A stretch of 64,000 nucleotides of DNA from Leptolyngbyaceae cyanobacterium (GCA_050331235.1 JBHJHA010000017.1:61948-125947), one strand, 5' to 3'. Numbered from the stretch's first letter, positions 1 to 10,423 are shown. Numbers and translations are program-made. Notes: generated from the letters alone by a model not told the origin.

Positions 1-634
1 CGAGATCGATCAGGCTGTTGCCCGGACCCGTATCCCAGCCCAGCACTTTGGGGGGGGCGCCCTGATGCGGTATCGGCCAAGGGGGCAACAGTGCCACATT
101 CCCGATGCCGCCAATATTTTGCACACAGCGATACTGGGTGGGATGACTCAATAGTGCCAAATCAACGGGGGGCACTAGGGGCGCTCCTTCGCCGCCAGCG
201 GCGATGTCAGCCTGACGAAAATTGCTTACGGTGGGGCATTGGGTCAAATGAGCGATCGCTGCTCCTCGTCCTAACTGCACGCTGTAGGCTAAGGCCGTCA
301 CAGCGCCAGACTCTGCCGTGGCCCCCCGTGGTCGGTGAAAAACCGTTTGACCATGGGAGGCAATGAGATCGACGGGGCCATAGGTCTGCATGAGGTCTTG
401 GGCCAACCGAGCAAATACCTGGGCGATCGCTTCGTCTAGCGTGGCTAGGTCAGCCATGGTAACCGATTCCCCGGCTCCAACGGCCAGCGCTTGCTGGCGA
501 ATGGCGGGGGGATAGGCCAACGTTGTCCCCCCGATGACAGTGAGGCTGAGGTCATAGCCTTGCCCTTCGATTTCGACCGTGGCCCCGTCAACGCCGTCCA
601 CGGAGGTGCCACTTATTAGTCCGATTACGCGCAC
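1..634 (-). CDS. anmK: Anhydro-N-acetylmuramic acid kinase, 5' part (runs off the window start; not in the ORF track)
   Basis: Manual minus-strand translation from GTG at 634: VRVIGLISGTSVDGVD...LIASHGQTVFHRP...SNFRQADIAAGGEGAPLVP...QNIGGIGNV...GWDTGPGNSLID, all AnmK hallmark motifs. Confidence 0.92.
   Translation of the reverse strand, partial: MRVIGLISGTSVDGVDGATVEIEGQGYDLSLTVIGGTTLAYPPAIRQQALAVGAGESVTMADLATLDEAIAQVFARLAQDLMQTYGPVDLIASHGQTVFHRPRGATAESGAVTALAYSVQLGRGAAIAHLTQCPTVSNFRQADIAAGGEGAPLVPPVDLALLSHPTQYRCVQNIGGIGNVALLPPWPIPHQGAPPKVLGWDTGPGNSLIDL
423..430. repeat. HIP1 octamer GCGATCGC (representative copy; abundant across the window)
   Basis: Dozens of occurrences, including overlapping copies at 7896-7916. 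Confidence 0.9.
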
Positions 635-637
635 TTT

Positions 638-1357
638 TTATCGGTCTCCTTCTTCTAAAGGCAGTTTGGCGAGCCCTCGATTATTGCCGATGACCACCAT
701 GACCGCTCCCTTTTTTAGCTGGGTCACGGGGCTGGGGTTAACTTCAAATTTTTCGTTATTGTCTGGCTGCGAGAGGGCCAGCAGGGTGACGCCATACTTA
801 TTGCGTAAATCTAGGTCGGCGATCGTGCGCTGATCAAAGTTAGCGGGAACGCGCAACTCGACAATGCTGTTATCAGGGTCCAACTCAAATCGGTCGAGGA
901 TGCCTGGACGGGTAATTGCCCGGGCTAGGTTACAGCCCATCTCATGTTCTGGAAAGACGACTTGATCAGCGCCTACACGCTGTAGCAGCTTGCCATGAAT
1001 CTCACTTGAGGCCTTCGCAACCACATATTGGACTCCGAGTTCTTTGACATTGAGCGTGGTAATGACACTCTCTTCCACATAGTTGCCAATGGCGACAATG
1101 ACTGTATCAAAATCCGGAATACCCGCTTCTTCTAGGGCTAAGCGCTGGGTTGAATCAAGCTGTACGGTGTGGGCTGCAATTTCATCCTTGAGTGCTTGGG
1201 TCACGCTCTGTTCATTTTTGTCTACGCCGAGCACTTCATAGCCGAGGTTGTTGAGCGTCATACACACTGCTCGGCCAAACCGCCCTAACCCAATCACGGC
1301 GAACTGACGGTTTTTGTTGCGCAAGCTTCGAAAAAAGCCTAGGGAAGACAAATTCAC
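638..1357 (-). CDS. ktrA: TrkA/KtrA-family K+ uptake NAD-binding (RCK) subunit
   Basis: VIGLGRFG Rossmann motif, VVAKA..HGKLL..VGAD.VVFPE, C-terminal TrkA_C domain; ends 3 bp before the anmK start. Confidence 0.9.
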   Translation of the reverse strand: MNLSSLGFFRSLRNKNRQFAVIGLGRFGRAVCMTLNNLGYEVLGVDKNEQSVTQALKDEIAAHTVQLDSTQRLALEEAGIPDFDTVIVAIGNYVEESVITTLNVKELGVQYVVAKASSEIHGKLLQRVGADQVVFPEHEMGCNLARAITRPGILDRFELDPDNSIVELRVPANFDQRTIADLDLRNKYGVTLLALSQPDNNEKFEVNPSPVTQLKKGAVMVVIGNNRGLAKLPLEEGDR

Positions 1358-1717
1358 TGGGGACGCTCCTTTCCAGCCATAGGTGTAAAATTCGCGATCG
1401 GGTCACGACGAACTGTCTTCATCAGTCTACCGATGTCAGGGACGATGCTCACCTTGGATCGCCGTCGTTGCCCAGAGAGGCAAGCGGTGGTACGGCAAGT
1501 TCGCTCACGCCCCGATATGGCACGCAATTTAGTCGCCGTGGGCCAATCGGCAGCCGCGATCGCCACCAACTGGTAAAGAGTCTGGGCGATTGCCGATCTG
1601 ACCCCAAATGTGCTCAACGCTTTTGTCCTAGAGGAGGCTGTCTCAAGTCTTGCCTAACCCCCCGTTAATGCAACAAAATGTTAGCCTGTCTGAATGACTT
1701 CTGGGATGGAGAGAGCC

Positions 1718-2881
1718 GTGGAGATTCAATTAGGTCGAGGAAAAACCGTTCGTCGAGCGTATGGTTTTGATGAAATTGCCCTAGCGCCGGGTAATCGTAC
1801 GCTAGATCCGCAGCTTGCAGACACCCGTTGGGAAATCGGTGGCATTGAGCGAGAGATTCCGATTATTGCTAGCGCGATGGATGGTGTAGTCGATGTCAAT
1901 ATTGCGGCTCAGATTTCCCAGCTGGGAGCCCTCGGAGTCTTAAACTTGGAAGGCATTCAGACCCGCTATGATGATCCTGACCCCTTTCTCGATAAAATTG
2001 CGGCGGTGGGCAAAGCAGATTTTGTCACTCTGATGCAAAAGCTGTACGCTGCACCCATCCTGCCTGAGTTAATTCGCCAGCGGATTGCGGACATTAAGGC
2101 TAAGGGAGGCATCGCGGCGGTGAGTTTGACCCCGGCTGGGGCTGCCAAGTATGGCCAAGTCGTTGCCGATGCCGGTGCGGATCTGATGTTCGTTCAAGCG
2201 ACCGTGGTTTCCACTGCTCATCTCTCACCCGAATCAATTACACCCTTAGACCTGGCTCAGTTTTGCAATGATATGCCAATGCCTGTCATCTTGGGGAACT
2301 GCGTGACCTATGAAGTTTCGCTGAATCTCATGAAAGCAGGTGCCGCCGCTATTCTCGTCGGCATTGGCCCGGGTGCTGCCTGCACCTCCCGGGGGGTGTT
2401 GGGAGTAGGGGTACCTCAGGCCACAGCGGTAGCAGACTGTGCGGCGGCTCGCGATGACTTTCAGCGGGAGACTGGTAAATATATTCCGGTCATCGCCGAC
2501 GGTGGCATTGTCACCGGGGGAGACATTTGTAAATGTATCGCTGTGGGTGCGGATGCCGTGATGATTGGCTCGCCGATTGCACGGGCGCAGGAAGCTCCTG
2601 GTCGGGGTTACCATTGGGGCATGGCAACGCCTAGTCCCGTTTTGCCCCGCGGCACCCGCATCAATGTTGGCAGTACGGGAACCCTGGAGCAAATCTTGAG
2701 AGGTCCAGCTCAGCTCGATGATGGAACGCATAACCTGCTGGGTGCCCTACAAACGAGTATGGGTACGCTGGGAGCCAAAAATATTCAGGAGATGCAGCAA
2801 GTTGAGGTGGTTGTAGCGCCTTCTCTGCTGACCGAAGGCAAGGTTTATCAAAAGGCTCAACAGTTAGGGATGGGGAAATAA
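1718..2881 (+). CDS. guaB: GuaB3-family IMP dehydrogenase-related protein
   Basis: GIGPGAACTSR catalytic loop, IADGG, GSPIARA, C-terminal KVYQKAQQLGMGK; GTG at 1718 gives 387 aa. Confidence 0.93.
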   Translation: MEIQLGRGKTVRRAYGFDEIALAPGNRTLDPQLADTRWEIGGIEREIPIIASAMDGVVDVNIAAQISQLGALGVLNLEGIQTRYDDPDPFLDKIAAVGKADFVTLMQKLYAAPILPELIRQRIADIKAKGGIAAVSLTPAGAAKYGQVVADAGADLMFVQATVVSTAHLSPESITPLDLAQFCNDMPMPVILGNCVTYEVSLNLMKAGAAAILVGIGPGAACTSRGVLGVGVPQATAVADCAAARDDFQRETGKYIPVIADGGIVTGGDICKCIAVGADAVMIGSPIARAQEAPGRGYHWGMATPSPVLPRGTRINVGSTGTLEQILRGPAQLDDGTHNLLGALQTSMGTLGAKNIQEMQQVEVVVAPSLLTEGKVYQKAQQLGMGK

Positions 2882-2979
2882 CAGCGATCGCCGCTAGAGG
2901 AGTCTATGGACTCAGCTAATGCGAGTGAACCCCAGTTGACTCGAGGCTTCGACAGGGCATTGCGATTGCTGAGAACTGC

Positions 2980-3003
2980 GTATGACCAACTCATTGGTCA
3001 TAC
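2980..3003. other. Perfect 10-bp inverted repeat (hairpin) between guaB and yfr1
   Basis: GTATGACCAA-CTCA-TTGGTCATAC; no U-tract follows. Confidence 0.45.
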
Positions 3004-3096
3004 CTCTACGTGACTTTTATTTCAAAGCAAAGAAACATTAACTTTGGCAAGGTTGGTAGTGGCGGAATTGCAACTGGCACACGTACAATAAGGTGT

Positions 3097-3165
3097 ATCG
3101 GAGACGAAAGTTTCCGTTCACTCCTCACACCACACTCCGCTCAGGCTTCGGCCTGGGCGGTTCCT
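3097..3165 (+). ncRNA. yfr1: Yfr1 small RNA
   Basis: Conserved ACTCCTCACAC 11-mer (3120-3130) between a 5' stem CGGAGAC-GAAA-GTTTCCG and a 3' stem CCGCTCAGGC-TTCG-GCCTGGGCGG; TACAAT -10 box at 3084-3089; lies downstream of guaB as is known for Yfr1. Confidence 0.9.
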
Positions 3166-3440
3166 CATTTTAAGGCTATGCCTCACGGCTGAACCACTGC
3201 CACCCTTGCCGGCAAAGCGGCCATCACCCGGTTGCCGGCGCAACGCTGCCAAGAAATCTCCGATGCGGAGCAATCAGCTTGAGCCCCCTGAAAATGGGCC
3301 TGACGCCGTCTGGCTAGTGATCGCCAAATGCCTGTTGATCCTTGTGAAACCAGGTGCCAAACTTTTCCGCTCCGTTCTCCTGTCCCTGGGTCTGTGCAAG
3401 AGAATGGGTGGGCTCACACTAGCTGTCGGTATCAAGGAGT

Positions 3441-4064
3441 TCACACATTGGCCGGACTACATCGGGTCGCTATAGATGGGTGGAACTCGATGTAGGGAAA
3501 GGGCTGACTCAGCGTTTCGCACTCCAAAAAGGGGCATAGTTTGTCCCAGCCTTCCCCGGCACAAATATTAATGATTAATAACTTCTGGGGATGTGCCTGA
3601 AAATATCTGAGCACATCGCTACAGTGCTGCCGATAGATTGCCAGCATGTGATCTGGATGAAAATCATAGCGGCCAAATACCGCTATTTTGAGTAACCTTG
3701 TCGCTTCTAAGGTTAGTGACCAATTGGCTGGATGATCTGCGGTTTGATATTGGTGCTCTGCATACTCCCAATGTTGCTCCAGCGATCGCAGCCAGTCTTC
3801 GGGATGGCGAATCGTCAGAATAAATTTGCTCTGAGGAAATAGCTGATCAAGCTGAGGATAAAAGGGCACAACGGTCAGATCAGTAATGCCATCATATTGA
3901 TACAGCAGATGAAAATTTGCGTTGAGCGATCGCACATTTTGAACTGTCGCTGCATCCGTTGGGTAATGAATAATATTCAATCCCAGCATGTTTAAGGCTG
4001 CCGTCAGGCTTTTGGTACCCGTTCGACTCAACCCAATACCGAAGACTTTATAACTGTTTTTCAC
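3441..4064 (-). CDS. Sulfotransferase-family (Sulfotransfer_4-like) P-loop protein
   Basis: KVFGIGLSRTGTKSL, SKFILTIR.PEDWLRS, GEGWDKLCPFL..PFP. Confidence 0.8.
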   Translation of the reverse strand: MKNSYKVFGIGLSRTGTKSLTAALNMLGLNIIHYPTDAATVQNVRSLNANFHLLYQYDGITDLTVVPFYPQLDQLFPQSKFILTIRHPEDWLRSLEQHWEYAEHQYQTADHPANWSLTLEATRLLKIAVFGRYDFHPDHMLAIYRQHCSDVLRYFQAHPQKLLIINICAGEGWDKLCPFLECETLSQPFPYIEFHPSIATRCSPANV

Positions 4065-4226
4065 AGGGTCACAATATCCTTACCTAGCTCAGCTATTCAT
4101 AGCCTGATGAGGTGCTTTGACTGACTGACTTCATGCCTAAAACTTTTCTAAACCTGGTAAAAGCTGCCGATACTCTTGGTGCCTGAGCCGTTGGGGCATA
4201 GCTCAACCAATCAGCCTGGCATCCGT

Positions 4227-5219
4227 CTAAAGATGACCGTTAATCATCCAGGTAGTCAACGGTTGACCACCGAACTTGCTGAGGGTGTGGCGATTTTGAT
4301 AAGCCAGTCGATTGATATTAACCAGTAAATCTGGGCGCAAATAATATTTCCAACGGCAACGCTGAACAAAAGGTTTGATAGTGGGATAACTCTGGATCAG
4401 CGATCGCACCAACTGTTTTAAGTAAGGCTGGTCGTAGACTGGAGGATGAGGCCAAGTATGGTGCAGAAAATAGGGCAAATTGTTTGCCTCGAGTGGTTTA
4501 TATCTAACCCAGTAATTGTATCTGGCATCTAATAAATCATATTGATACTGCAGCTTTGTAATAGCGACGGCGAGGCTTACCTGCTCTCGAAAATATAAGT
4601 TGTTACTCATCGCCCCGGAGCGATCAATTTTCTCGAAACAGTCTAACCACATAGCTGTTAGATCTGAGGCCAAATGAGTGTCTATTGCAATGAAGCCAGA
4701 ATTAAAGTAGGGCGGCTGCAATTCATCAGAGAATAGCGTTTTGATGCGAGTAGAGGGGACCTCTGCTGAAACTGCTTGATAAATTTCTTCCCAGTTCCTA
4801 CCGGTTGCCCGAAAAGTCGGAGCTGCGCTGACGGGACATTTAAACTGTCCTTCTGGATCGAAATCCCGTAGGCATAGAAGGTCAGAATCTAGAAAAATTA
4901 ATTTATTCATTTGCGTAGGAATTTGCAAAGAATAAATCTTATTGGTGAGCGGATTACCTTTAATGTCGCGAGGGCGAGGGTTTTTAAAGTACTCAATTCT
5001 GACACCCATTTGCTTAAAGGTAGCTAGCGTCTCTGGTGCGAGTTGACCCCATTTTTCTGCCGGTAAAGGCACCGCGGCAATTAGCTCATATTGCCCCTTA
5101 AGAAAGCGCTTGAGAGAAGCTGCTAATAACAGCGACAAGCCTTCAAGGTCACCTTGTTGACATACAAAGACAAACGCATAGCCGAGCGAATTGTCTGGCT
5201 GGTTATCCGTGTGGAACAT
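4227..5219 (-). CDS. GT-A fold glycosyltransferase, GT8-like
   Basis: LIFLDSD (DxD), PYFNSGFI, REQVSL, RYNYW, late His motif. Confidence 0.6.
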   Translation of the reverse strand: MFHTDNQPDNSLGYAFVFVCQQGDLEGLSLLLAASLKRFLKGQYELIAAVPLPAEKWGQLAPETLATFKQMGVRIEYFKNPRPRDIKGNPLTNKIYSLQIPTQMNKLIFLDSDLLCLRDFDPEGQFKCPVSAAPTFRATGRNWEEIYQAVSAEVPSTRIKTLFSDELQPPYFNSGFIAIDTHLASDLTAMWLDCFEKIDRSGAMSNNLYFREQVSLAVAITKLQYQYDLLDARYNYWVRYKPLEANNLPYFLHHTWPHPPVYDQPYLKQLVRSLIQSYPTIKPFVQRCRWKYYLRPDLLVNINRLAYQNRHTLSKFGGQPLTTWMINGHL

Positions 5220-5432
5220 GGCTCATTCCTGTAAAAAGGCAATGGAAAGATGAATCTCGGCCATGTGTAGCTAACTCCCCGTATTTCTATAACGACATCC
5301 CTTAGAGGCAAGGCTCAACAAGTCATACTGACTAACGCAATCTAAACTGTGAAAGTTCGAAACCTCATGGTTCAATTTTATTCTAAAAGTGAACTGTCAA
5401 GGCATGTTCTAGAGAGCGCCATCTAGCCATGA

Positions 5433-6053
5433 TTAAACGTCAACTAAGCGATTTTTTTTGGTATCAACCGGTTTGGGGTCAGGATAAAAATCAGTTCGTT
5501 TATTGGTATGGGGAAAAGGCTGATCTGGAATCGGGAGTTCGAGAAAAGGACATAGTTTTTCCCATCCATCGCCCGCAGTAATATCCATCTCCAATAGATC
5601 ACCTAGTCTATCTTTGAAATAACGACGGACGTCGGCATGATAACGATGATAAGCATCGATAAACTTTTGTCGATCAAATGTCACTGTTTCATACAGCATC
5701 ATTCGACGGAGGATGGCAATATCTCGATCAACTGATGGGTATTTTGTATAGATAAACTCTGCTGAGTCTAGCCAATCTTGTAAATTGCGAGTACATAAAA
5801 CGAACTTTGAATTTGGGTGCTTGTAATCCAGGTATTTATAGTAGATGACACACCCCGCATCGGAAGCCGCATCCAAATCCTGTAGATGCTCTAGACGTGG
5901 ATTGTGCTTGACTTTCCCATAACCTAGAAGCTTTACGGCTTGACAAAAAGTTGAAGTTCCTGTGCGAGGTAGGCCAATGTCCCAAACTTTGAACTTAGGT
6001 TTGCTATGGAGACCGATCTGGGCATCTTGGCTTAAGTTGGTGAATGTCATCAT
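5433..6053 (-). CDS. Sulfotransferase-family (Sulfotransfer_4-like) protein, second paralog
   Basis: KVWDIGLPRTGTSTF, SKFVLCTRNLQDWLDS, GDGWEKLCPFL..PFPHTN; start codon uncertain (ORF extends to 6134). Confidence 0.8.
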   Translation of the reverse strand: MMTFTNLSQDAQIGLHSKPKFKVWDIGLPRTGTSTFCQAVKLLGYGKVKHNPRLEHLQDLDAASDAGCVIYYKYLDYKHPNSKFVLCTRNLQDWLDSAEFIYTKYPSVDRDIAILRRMMLYETVTFDRQKFIDAYHRYHADVRRYFKDRLGDLLEMDITAGDGWEKLCPFLELPIPDQPFPHTNKRTDFYPDPKPVDTKKNRLVDV

Positions 6054-6512
6054 GATGTCAACTGCTAACTTTGCTGCTGTAGACGATCTAATATTCCCAT
6101 TTTTTATAGGGGCTATCAAGATGCGTTTGAGCAATTGAAACTGGGTGATTATATCAGGATAGAGGGGAGGCGGTGCTGGCTGGTGATGACTGGCGTTTTC
6201 ATCTAAGCTGTACTGAAGATTGCAGATATCTAGTGATTTGAGTTGATTTACAAAGGGGCAAATCGGCAGATTTTTCTTGTAAGCTGCATCCCTAAGATTA
6301 GACTTTCCGCGGTTTGTGGGGGATGCTATGTTTTGAAGGTTAAGTCTGTTTTTCTTGGAATACTTAAATGGTTGAAGTATTTTAGGAAGTTTAGCTTTAA
6401 CTTTTTCGGGAAAATCAGGATGAAATTTTATGGATTAAACCCTGATTTATGTTTTCTGTATTGAATTGGCAGGGTTAGCGATCGCCCTTACACCAAAGCT
6501 CAGTGACCACCT

Positions 6513-8336
6513 ATGGCCTCTCCCGCTTCAGATTCCTTAAAGCGTCGCTTTTGGGTGACCTTATCAACCACGCCCAAGCTGCTGAAGTTGGTTTGGCAAG
6601 CTGCACCACGATGGTTGCTGCTATCGCTGGGCGCAACGGTAACCGCTGCGTTGTTGCCAGTTGCCTGGCTTTACATTAACAAGCTGATTATTGACGGATT
6701 AGCCGCGAGCTTAAGCATTGGCTCACCAGCTTGGCAGCGACTGGCGCTGTTAGTGACGCTACGATTTGCCCTAGCGATGTTGAAATCTGGGTTGGAAAAT
6801 ATACGTCCCTACATTTCGCTGGTGATTAGCGATCGCTTTTCGCTCTTTGCCAATCAGCAATTGCTGCAGCAAGCAATTCGGCTCGATCTTGAGCACTATG
6901 AATCGTCACAGTTTCATGAGTCCCTGAGCCGCGCGATGCAGAGTGGTAGTAGCTATCCGGTCAGGGCTTTCAATAATTTCACGATGATTTTAGGACAGTC
7001 CATCAACCTGTTGGGCGTTGTCGGACTGCTAGCGCAGTTCAACCCAATCATGGTGGGTCTATTATTTCTCACCTCTTTGCCGCCCTTGCGAATTGGCGTG
7101 ACCTACTCGAATAAGGGTTTTTCGCTGATGCGTAAGCAAACGCTCAACAACCGGGTGGCTGCTTACTTTCAAGGCTTGCTGACGCAGCAACCCATGGCTA
7201 AAGAGGTCCGGCTGTATGGGCTGGGTCCCTATCTCATGCAGCAGTGGTATCGCATTAGTCAGGAGCATCATCAAAAGATGAATCGACTCATGCTGAGGCG
7301 AACGACGGCACGATTTGTGGTGGGGTTGATTCCAAGTCTGGGGTTTTATGCAGGCTATATTTGGGTCTTGATTCAAACTGTGACCCGGCAAATTACCTTA
7401 GGTGATTTCACCATGTATGCGGGGGCGTTTTCCCAATCCCAAAGCCTATTGACCAACTTGGTGGAGAATATTTCGACGGCCTACGAGGCAAACCTGTACG
7501 TCAGTCAGTATCTGGACTTTTTGCAGCTGCAACCCAAAATTACGAGTCCGGCTCAGCCTACGGCTTTTCCTGCGGTTTTGGGGGAAGGCATTTGTTTTGA
7601 GCGGGTGAGTTTTACCTATCCTCAGGCGTCGCGGTCAACGTTACGTGATATCGACCTCACCATTTACCCGGGGGAGAGTATGGCCTTGGTGGGGGTCAAT
7701 GGGGTCGGCAAAACGACGTTGGTAAAGTTGCTGACGCGCCTATATAGTCCTAGCGCTGGCCGCATCACGATTGATGGCTATCCATTAGAAGCCTTTGACT
7801 TGAACGAACTGCGGCAGAAAATTGCTGTTTTGTTTCAAGATTTTGCCCATTACAAACTCAGCGTTGCGGAAAATATTGGCCTTGGGGATGTGGCCGCGAT
7901 CGCCGATCGCGATCGCATCGTGCAGGCGGCCAAGGCGGCTGGTGCCGATGCTTGGATTCGACAATTACCGGAGGGTTACGACACCAAGCTGGGCAATCTC
8001 TTTCCCCACGGTCAAGAATTATCCGGGGGGCAATGGCAAAAGCTGGGGTTGGCCAGGGCGTTTATGAGTCGAGCGCCGATTTTGATTTTGGATGAGCCCA
8101 CCGCGGCGATGGATGCGATCGCAGAAATGGAGCTGTTCCAGCGATTTCGGGAGCTGACCCAGGAACGCACGACTATTTTCACGAGCCATCGCTTTTCGTC
8201 TGTGCGGCAGGCCGATCGCGTCATGGTGTTGGACCAGGGGCGAGTCACTGAATTGGGCAGCCACGACGAACTGATGCAGCAAGATGGACTGTATGCCCAG
8301 ATGTTTCGTTTGCAGGCGGAGGGCTATCAGATCTAG
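6513..8336 (+). CDS. ABC exporter, fused permease + ATP-binding protein
   Basis: N-terminal TM helices, Walker A GVNGVGKT, signature LSGGQWQK, Walker B ILILDE, H-loop SHR. Confidence 0.92.
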   Translation: MASPASDSLKRRFWVTLSTTPKLLKLVWQAAPRWLLLSLGATVTAALLPVAWLYINKLIIDGLAASLSIGSPAWQRLALLVTLRFALAMLKSGLENIRPYISLVISDRFSLFANQQLLQQAIRLDLEHYESSQFHESLSRAMQSGSSYPVRAFNNFTMILGQSINLLGVVGLLAQFNPIMVGLLFLTSLPPLRIGVTYSNKGFSLMRKQTLNNRVAAYFQGLLTQQPMAKEVRLYGLGPYLMQQWYRISQEHHQKMNRLMLRRTTARFVVGLIPSLGFYAGYIWVLIQTVTRQITLGDFTMYAGAFSQSQSLLTNLVENISTAYEANLYVSQYLDFLQLQPKITSPAQPTAFPAVLGEGICFERVSFTYPQASRSTLRDIDLTIYPGESMALVGVNGVGKTTLVKLLTRLYSPSAGRITIDGYPLEAFDLNELRQKIAVLFQDFAHYKLSVAENIGLGDVAAIADRDRIVQAAKAAGADAWIRQLPEGYDTKLGNLFPHGQELSGGQWQKLGLARAFMSRAPILILDEPTAAMDAIAEMELFQRFRELTQERTTIFTSHRFSSVRQADRVMVLDQGRVTELGSHDELMQQDGLYAQMFRLQAEGYQI

Positions 8337-8433
8337 TCGCTGTGTTTGCCGGGGGGCTCCCTGGTTATCGTAAGACTGGGGAGCAGCTGCAGTTTGCCGC
8401 AGGACTTCTCGCACCAGCGCTACGTCAGGCATA

Positions 8434-8545
8434 GTCCCAATGTTCTGTAATCGCGCTACAGATTTGAAGATCCCCCGCTGTCGCTGCTCCGTTGAAAAAG
8501 GGGGGTGAAGAATCTATGGGTAATCGTGATTCGCAGAAATGGTAT
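8434..8545 (-). repeat. ~113-bp MITE-like dispersed repeat, copy 1 (most degenerate end)
   Basis: Reverse-complement match to copies at 13374 and 37751; core GATCCCCCGCTGTCGCTG...AATCTATGGGTAATCGTGATTCGCAGAAATGGTAT. Confidence 0.85.
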
Positions 8546-8828
8546 GGAACATCGCAAGGATGAGTATGAGCTAGGAACGGCGATGACGGTTTGAGAGAGG
8601 CGATTTGACTGAGACCCCAAGGCAGCTTGTTGCCACGTCATGCTTACCCAAAATTGCCACAGTCGTCTGCCGCCGCGCTTCGTAATGGTGTCGCTGACCC
8701 ATTGCCCAGATGTAGCCCCCTGGGCGAGGTAGGCTATCCGGAGCTCGGTCATCACTCAGCGTCCCCCATTCGGCAAGCAATGACCTACTCTAAAGAAGAG
8801 TGCTGATGATAAGGGCAGAAGTACAGTC

Positions 8829-9527
8829 ATGGGCGTGTTTGGACGATTGACTCGGGTCATTCGCTCTCAGGTGAATGATTGGATACAAGGGGCCGAAGAC
8901 CCAGAAAAGATCCTGGATCAGACCGTTGTGCAAATGCAGCAAGATTTAATCCAGCTGCGGCAGTCTGTCGCCCAAGCGATCGCCACCCAAAAGCGTACAG
9001 AGCGACAATCTCACCAAACGGCAACCTTGACCCGAGAGTGGTATAACCGAGCCCAACTCGCACTGCATAAAGGTCACGAAGATCAAGCGCGGGAAGCCCT
9101 GGCCCAGCGCCATACCTATTTACGGATGCAAGCCCAACTGCAAGGGCACATTGATGAACAACAGCGGGTCATCAAGCAGCTTAAGGCCAACATGCGTGAG
9201 CTGGAAGTCAAAATTACCGATGTCCGTACCCGCCGCGATCTGTACATTGCCCGGGCGCGCTCAGCCGAAGCCTCGCAGCGCATTCAAGAGATGATCGGTC
9301 AGGTCGGCCAGGGGCGATCGCCGGGGCTGCTCAATCAGATGGAAGACAAAGTATTAGACTTAGAAGCTCAGGCAAGTGCCGTAACTGAGTTGAATCAGGT
9401 TTTAGCCTCCCAGTCCCTCGAAGGCCAGTTCCAAGCCCTAGAACAAACGGAAGCTGCAGCCATCGAGCAAGAACTCTCTCGGATGAAGTCTCGATCAAGC
9501 GGGGACGGAGCCGAGGAGTGGGCTTAG
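8829..9527 (+). CDS. PspA/IM30 (Vipp1-like) family protein
   Basis: MGVFGRLTRVIRS..AEDPEKILDQ, long coiled coil, ARARSAEAS, MEDKV; no extended Vipp1 C-terminal tail. Confidence 0.88.
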   Translation: MGVFGRLTRVIRSQVNDWIQGAEDPEKILDQTVVQMQQDLIQLRQSVAQAIATQKRTERQSHQTATLTREWYNRAQLALHKGHEDQAREALAQRHTYLRMQAQLQGHIDEQQRVIKQLKANMRELEVKITDVRTRRDLYIARARSAEASQRIQEMIGQVGQGRSPGLLNQMEDKVLDLEAQASAVTELNQVLASQSLEGQFQALEQTEAAAIEQELSRMKSRSSGDGAEEWA

Positions 9528-9799
9528 TTTTATCCCCGGTGCTGTCTATCGCGACCATTAAATCAGTGAGCGTAATCCCTCTCAGGGTTTTCCCTTAGAA
9601 CCTAACAATTCTTGCTATACTAGATCAATACTGCTGCTCCGTCTCAGGATTGGACTCTCGATGCACTGTGCCGACATCGGACATGACCGGGATAAGCAGT
9701 CGGTAACAGGGTGTTTTTTGTTGTTAGGTTACGGTTGAGCGGTTGCAAACGAATACTTGCGACTGCTTTTTGCTAATCTTTTTGCTGCAGGTTGCAACT

Positions 9800-10405
9800 A
9801 TGGGTGGTGACTCTTTGACTGCTCATCACAAGCTCTATATCAACGTCATGGAAATGTTGGTGGCCGAAGAGGTCAGTCGCCAACTGGCAAAACTGCCAGA
9901 GCGCGTTTCCAAATACGTTAAACGAACGGAAGTTGAGACGTTTGCGCTGAATCGTCTGCCTGCGCTCTATGCTTCGAGCGAAAAAGGCCTTCAGCATCAA
10001 TATGAGCGGGCTCAGCATGAGCACCAGACTCAAATTACCAGTGCGGTGCGCCAGGCGTTTGCCGCTGTTCAGATTGATCCGATCCGACTATCTCAACCGC
10101 TCAAGCTCAATCAAGAAGAAGCAGCGGTGTTAGAGGCGTTGCGTGACCTGCTCCATGAGCCAGAGCTGACTTGGAAGGCAGCCCTTAAGGAAATTAAGCG
10201 ATTGCAGCATCGGCGTCAAGCCCGCCAAGGAACACCACCCCCCCCTAAAAACCCCCGTACGGCTGCCCCCTCGCCCCAGGAAGTGACTCACGATACGGGC
10301 TCTCGTCACAGTACGGCTTGGCGACCGGGTACCTACGGCAGCCGCATCAGTTGGAAGCCCCACGGCCCCGCTTCTGACAGCGGCTTTGGCGATAACGCCC
10401 TTTAG
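9800..10405 (+). CDS. ComFB-family protein (putative cyclic dinucleotide receptor), paralog 1
   Basis: YINVMEMLVAEEV...ALNRLPALYASSEKG...VRQAFAAVQIDPIR. Confidence 0.82.
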   Translation: MGGDSLTAHHKLYINVMEMLVAEEVSRQLAKLPERVSKYVKRTEVETFALNRLPALYASSEKGLQHQYERAQHEHQTQITSAVRQAFAAVQIDPIRLSQPLKLNQEEAAVLEALRDLLHEPELTWKAALKEIKRLQHRRQARQGTPPPPKNPRTAAPSPQEVTHDTGSRHSTAWRPGTYGSRISWKPHGPASDSGFGDNAL

Positions 10406-10423
10406 TAAGGGCAGTTGGTTGAA

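Noticed and set aside
91..366. Plus-strand 91-aa ORF at the window start
   Set aside because: Antisense to the clearly recognisable anmK reading frame.
3206..3475. 89-aa plus-strand ORF after yfr1 (possible trxA remnant)
   Set aside because: No WCGPC or other recognisable motif in any frame I translated; it overlaps the sulfotransferase 3' end.
7896..7916. Tandem GCGATCGC/CGATCGC run inside the ABC gene
   Set aside because: Overlapping HIP1 sites, a well-known cyanobacterial genome signature.
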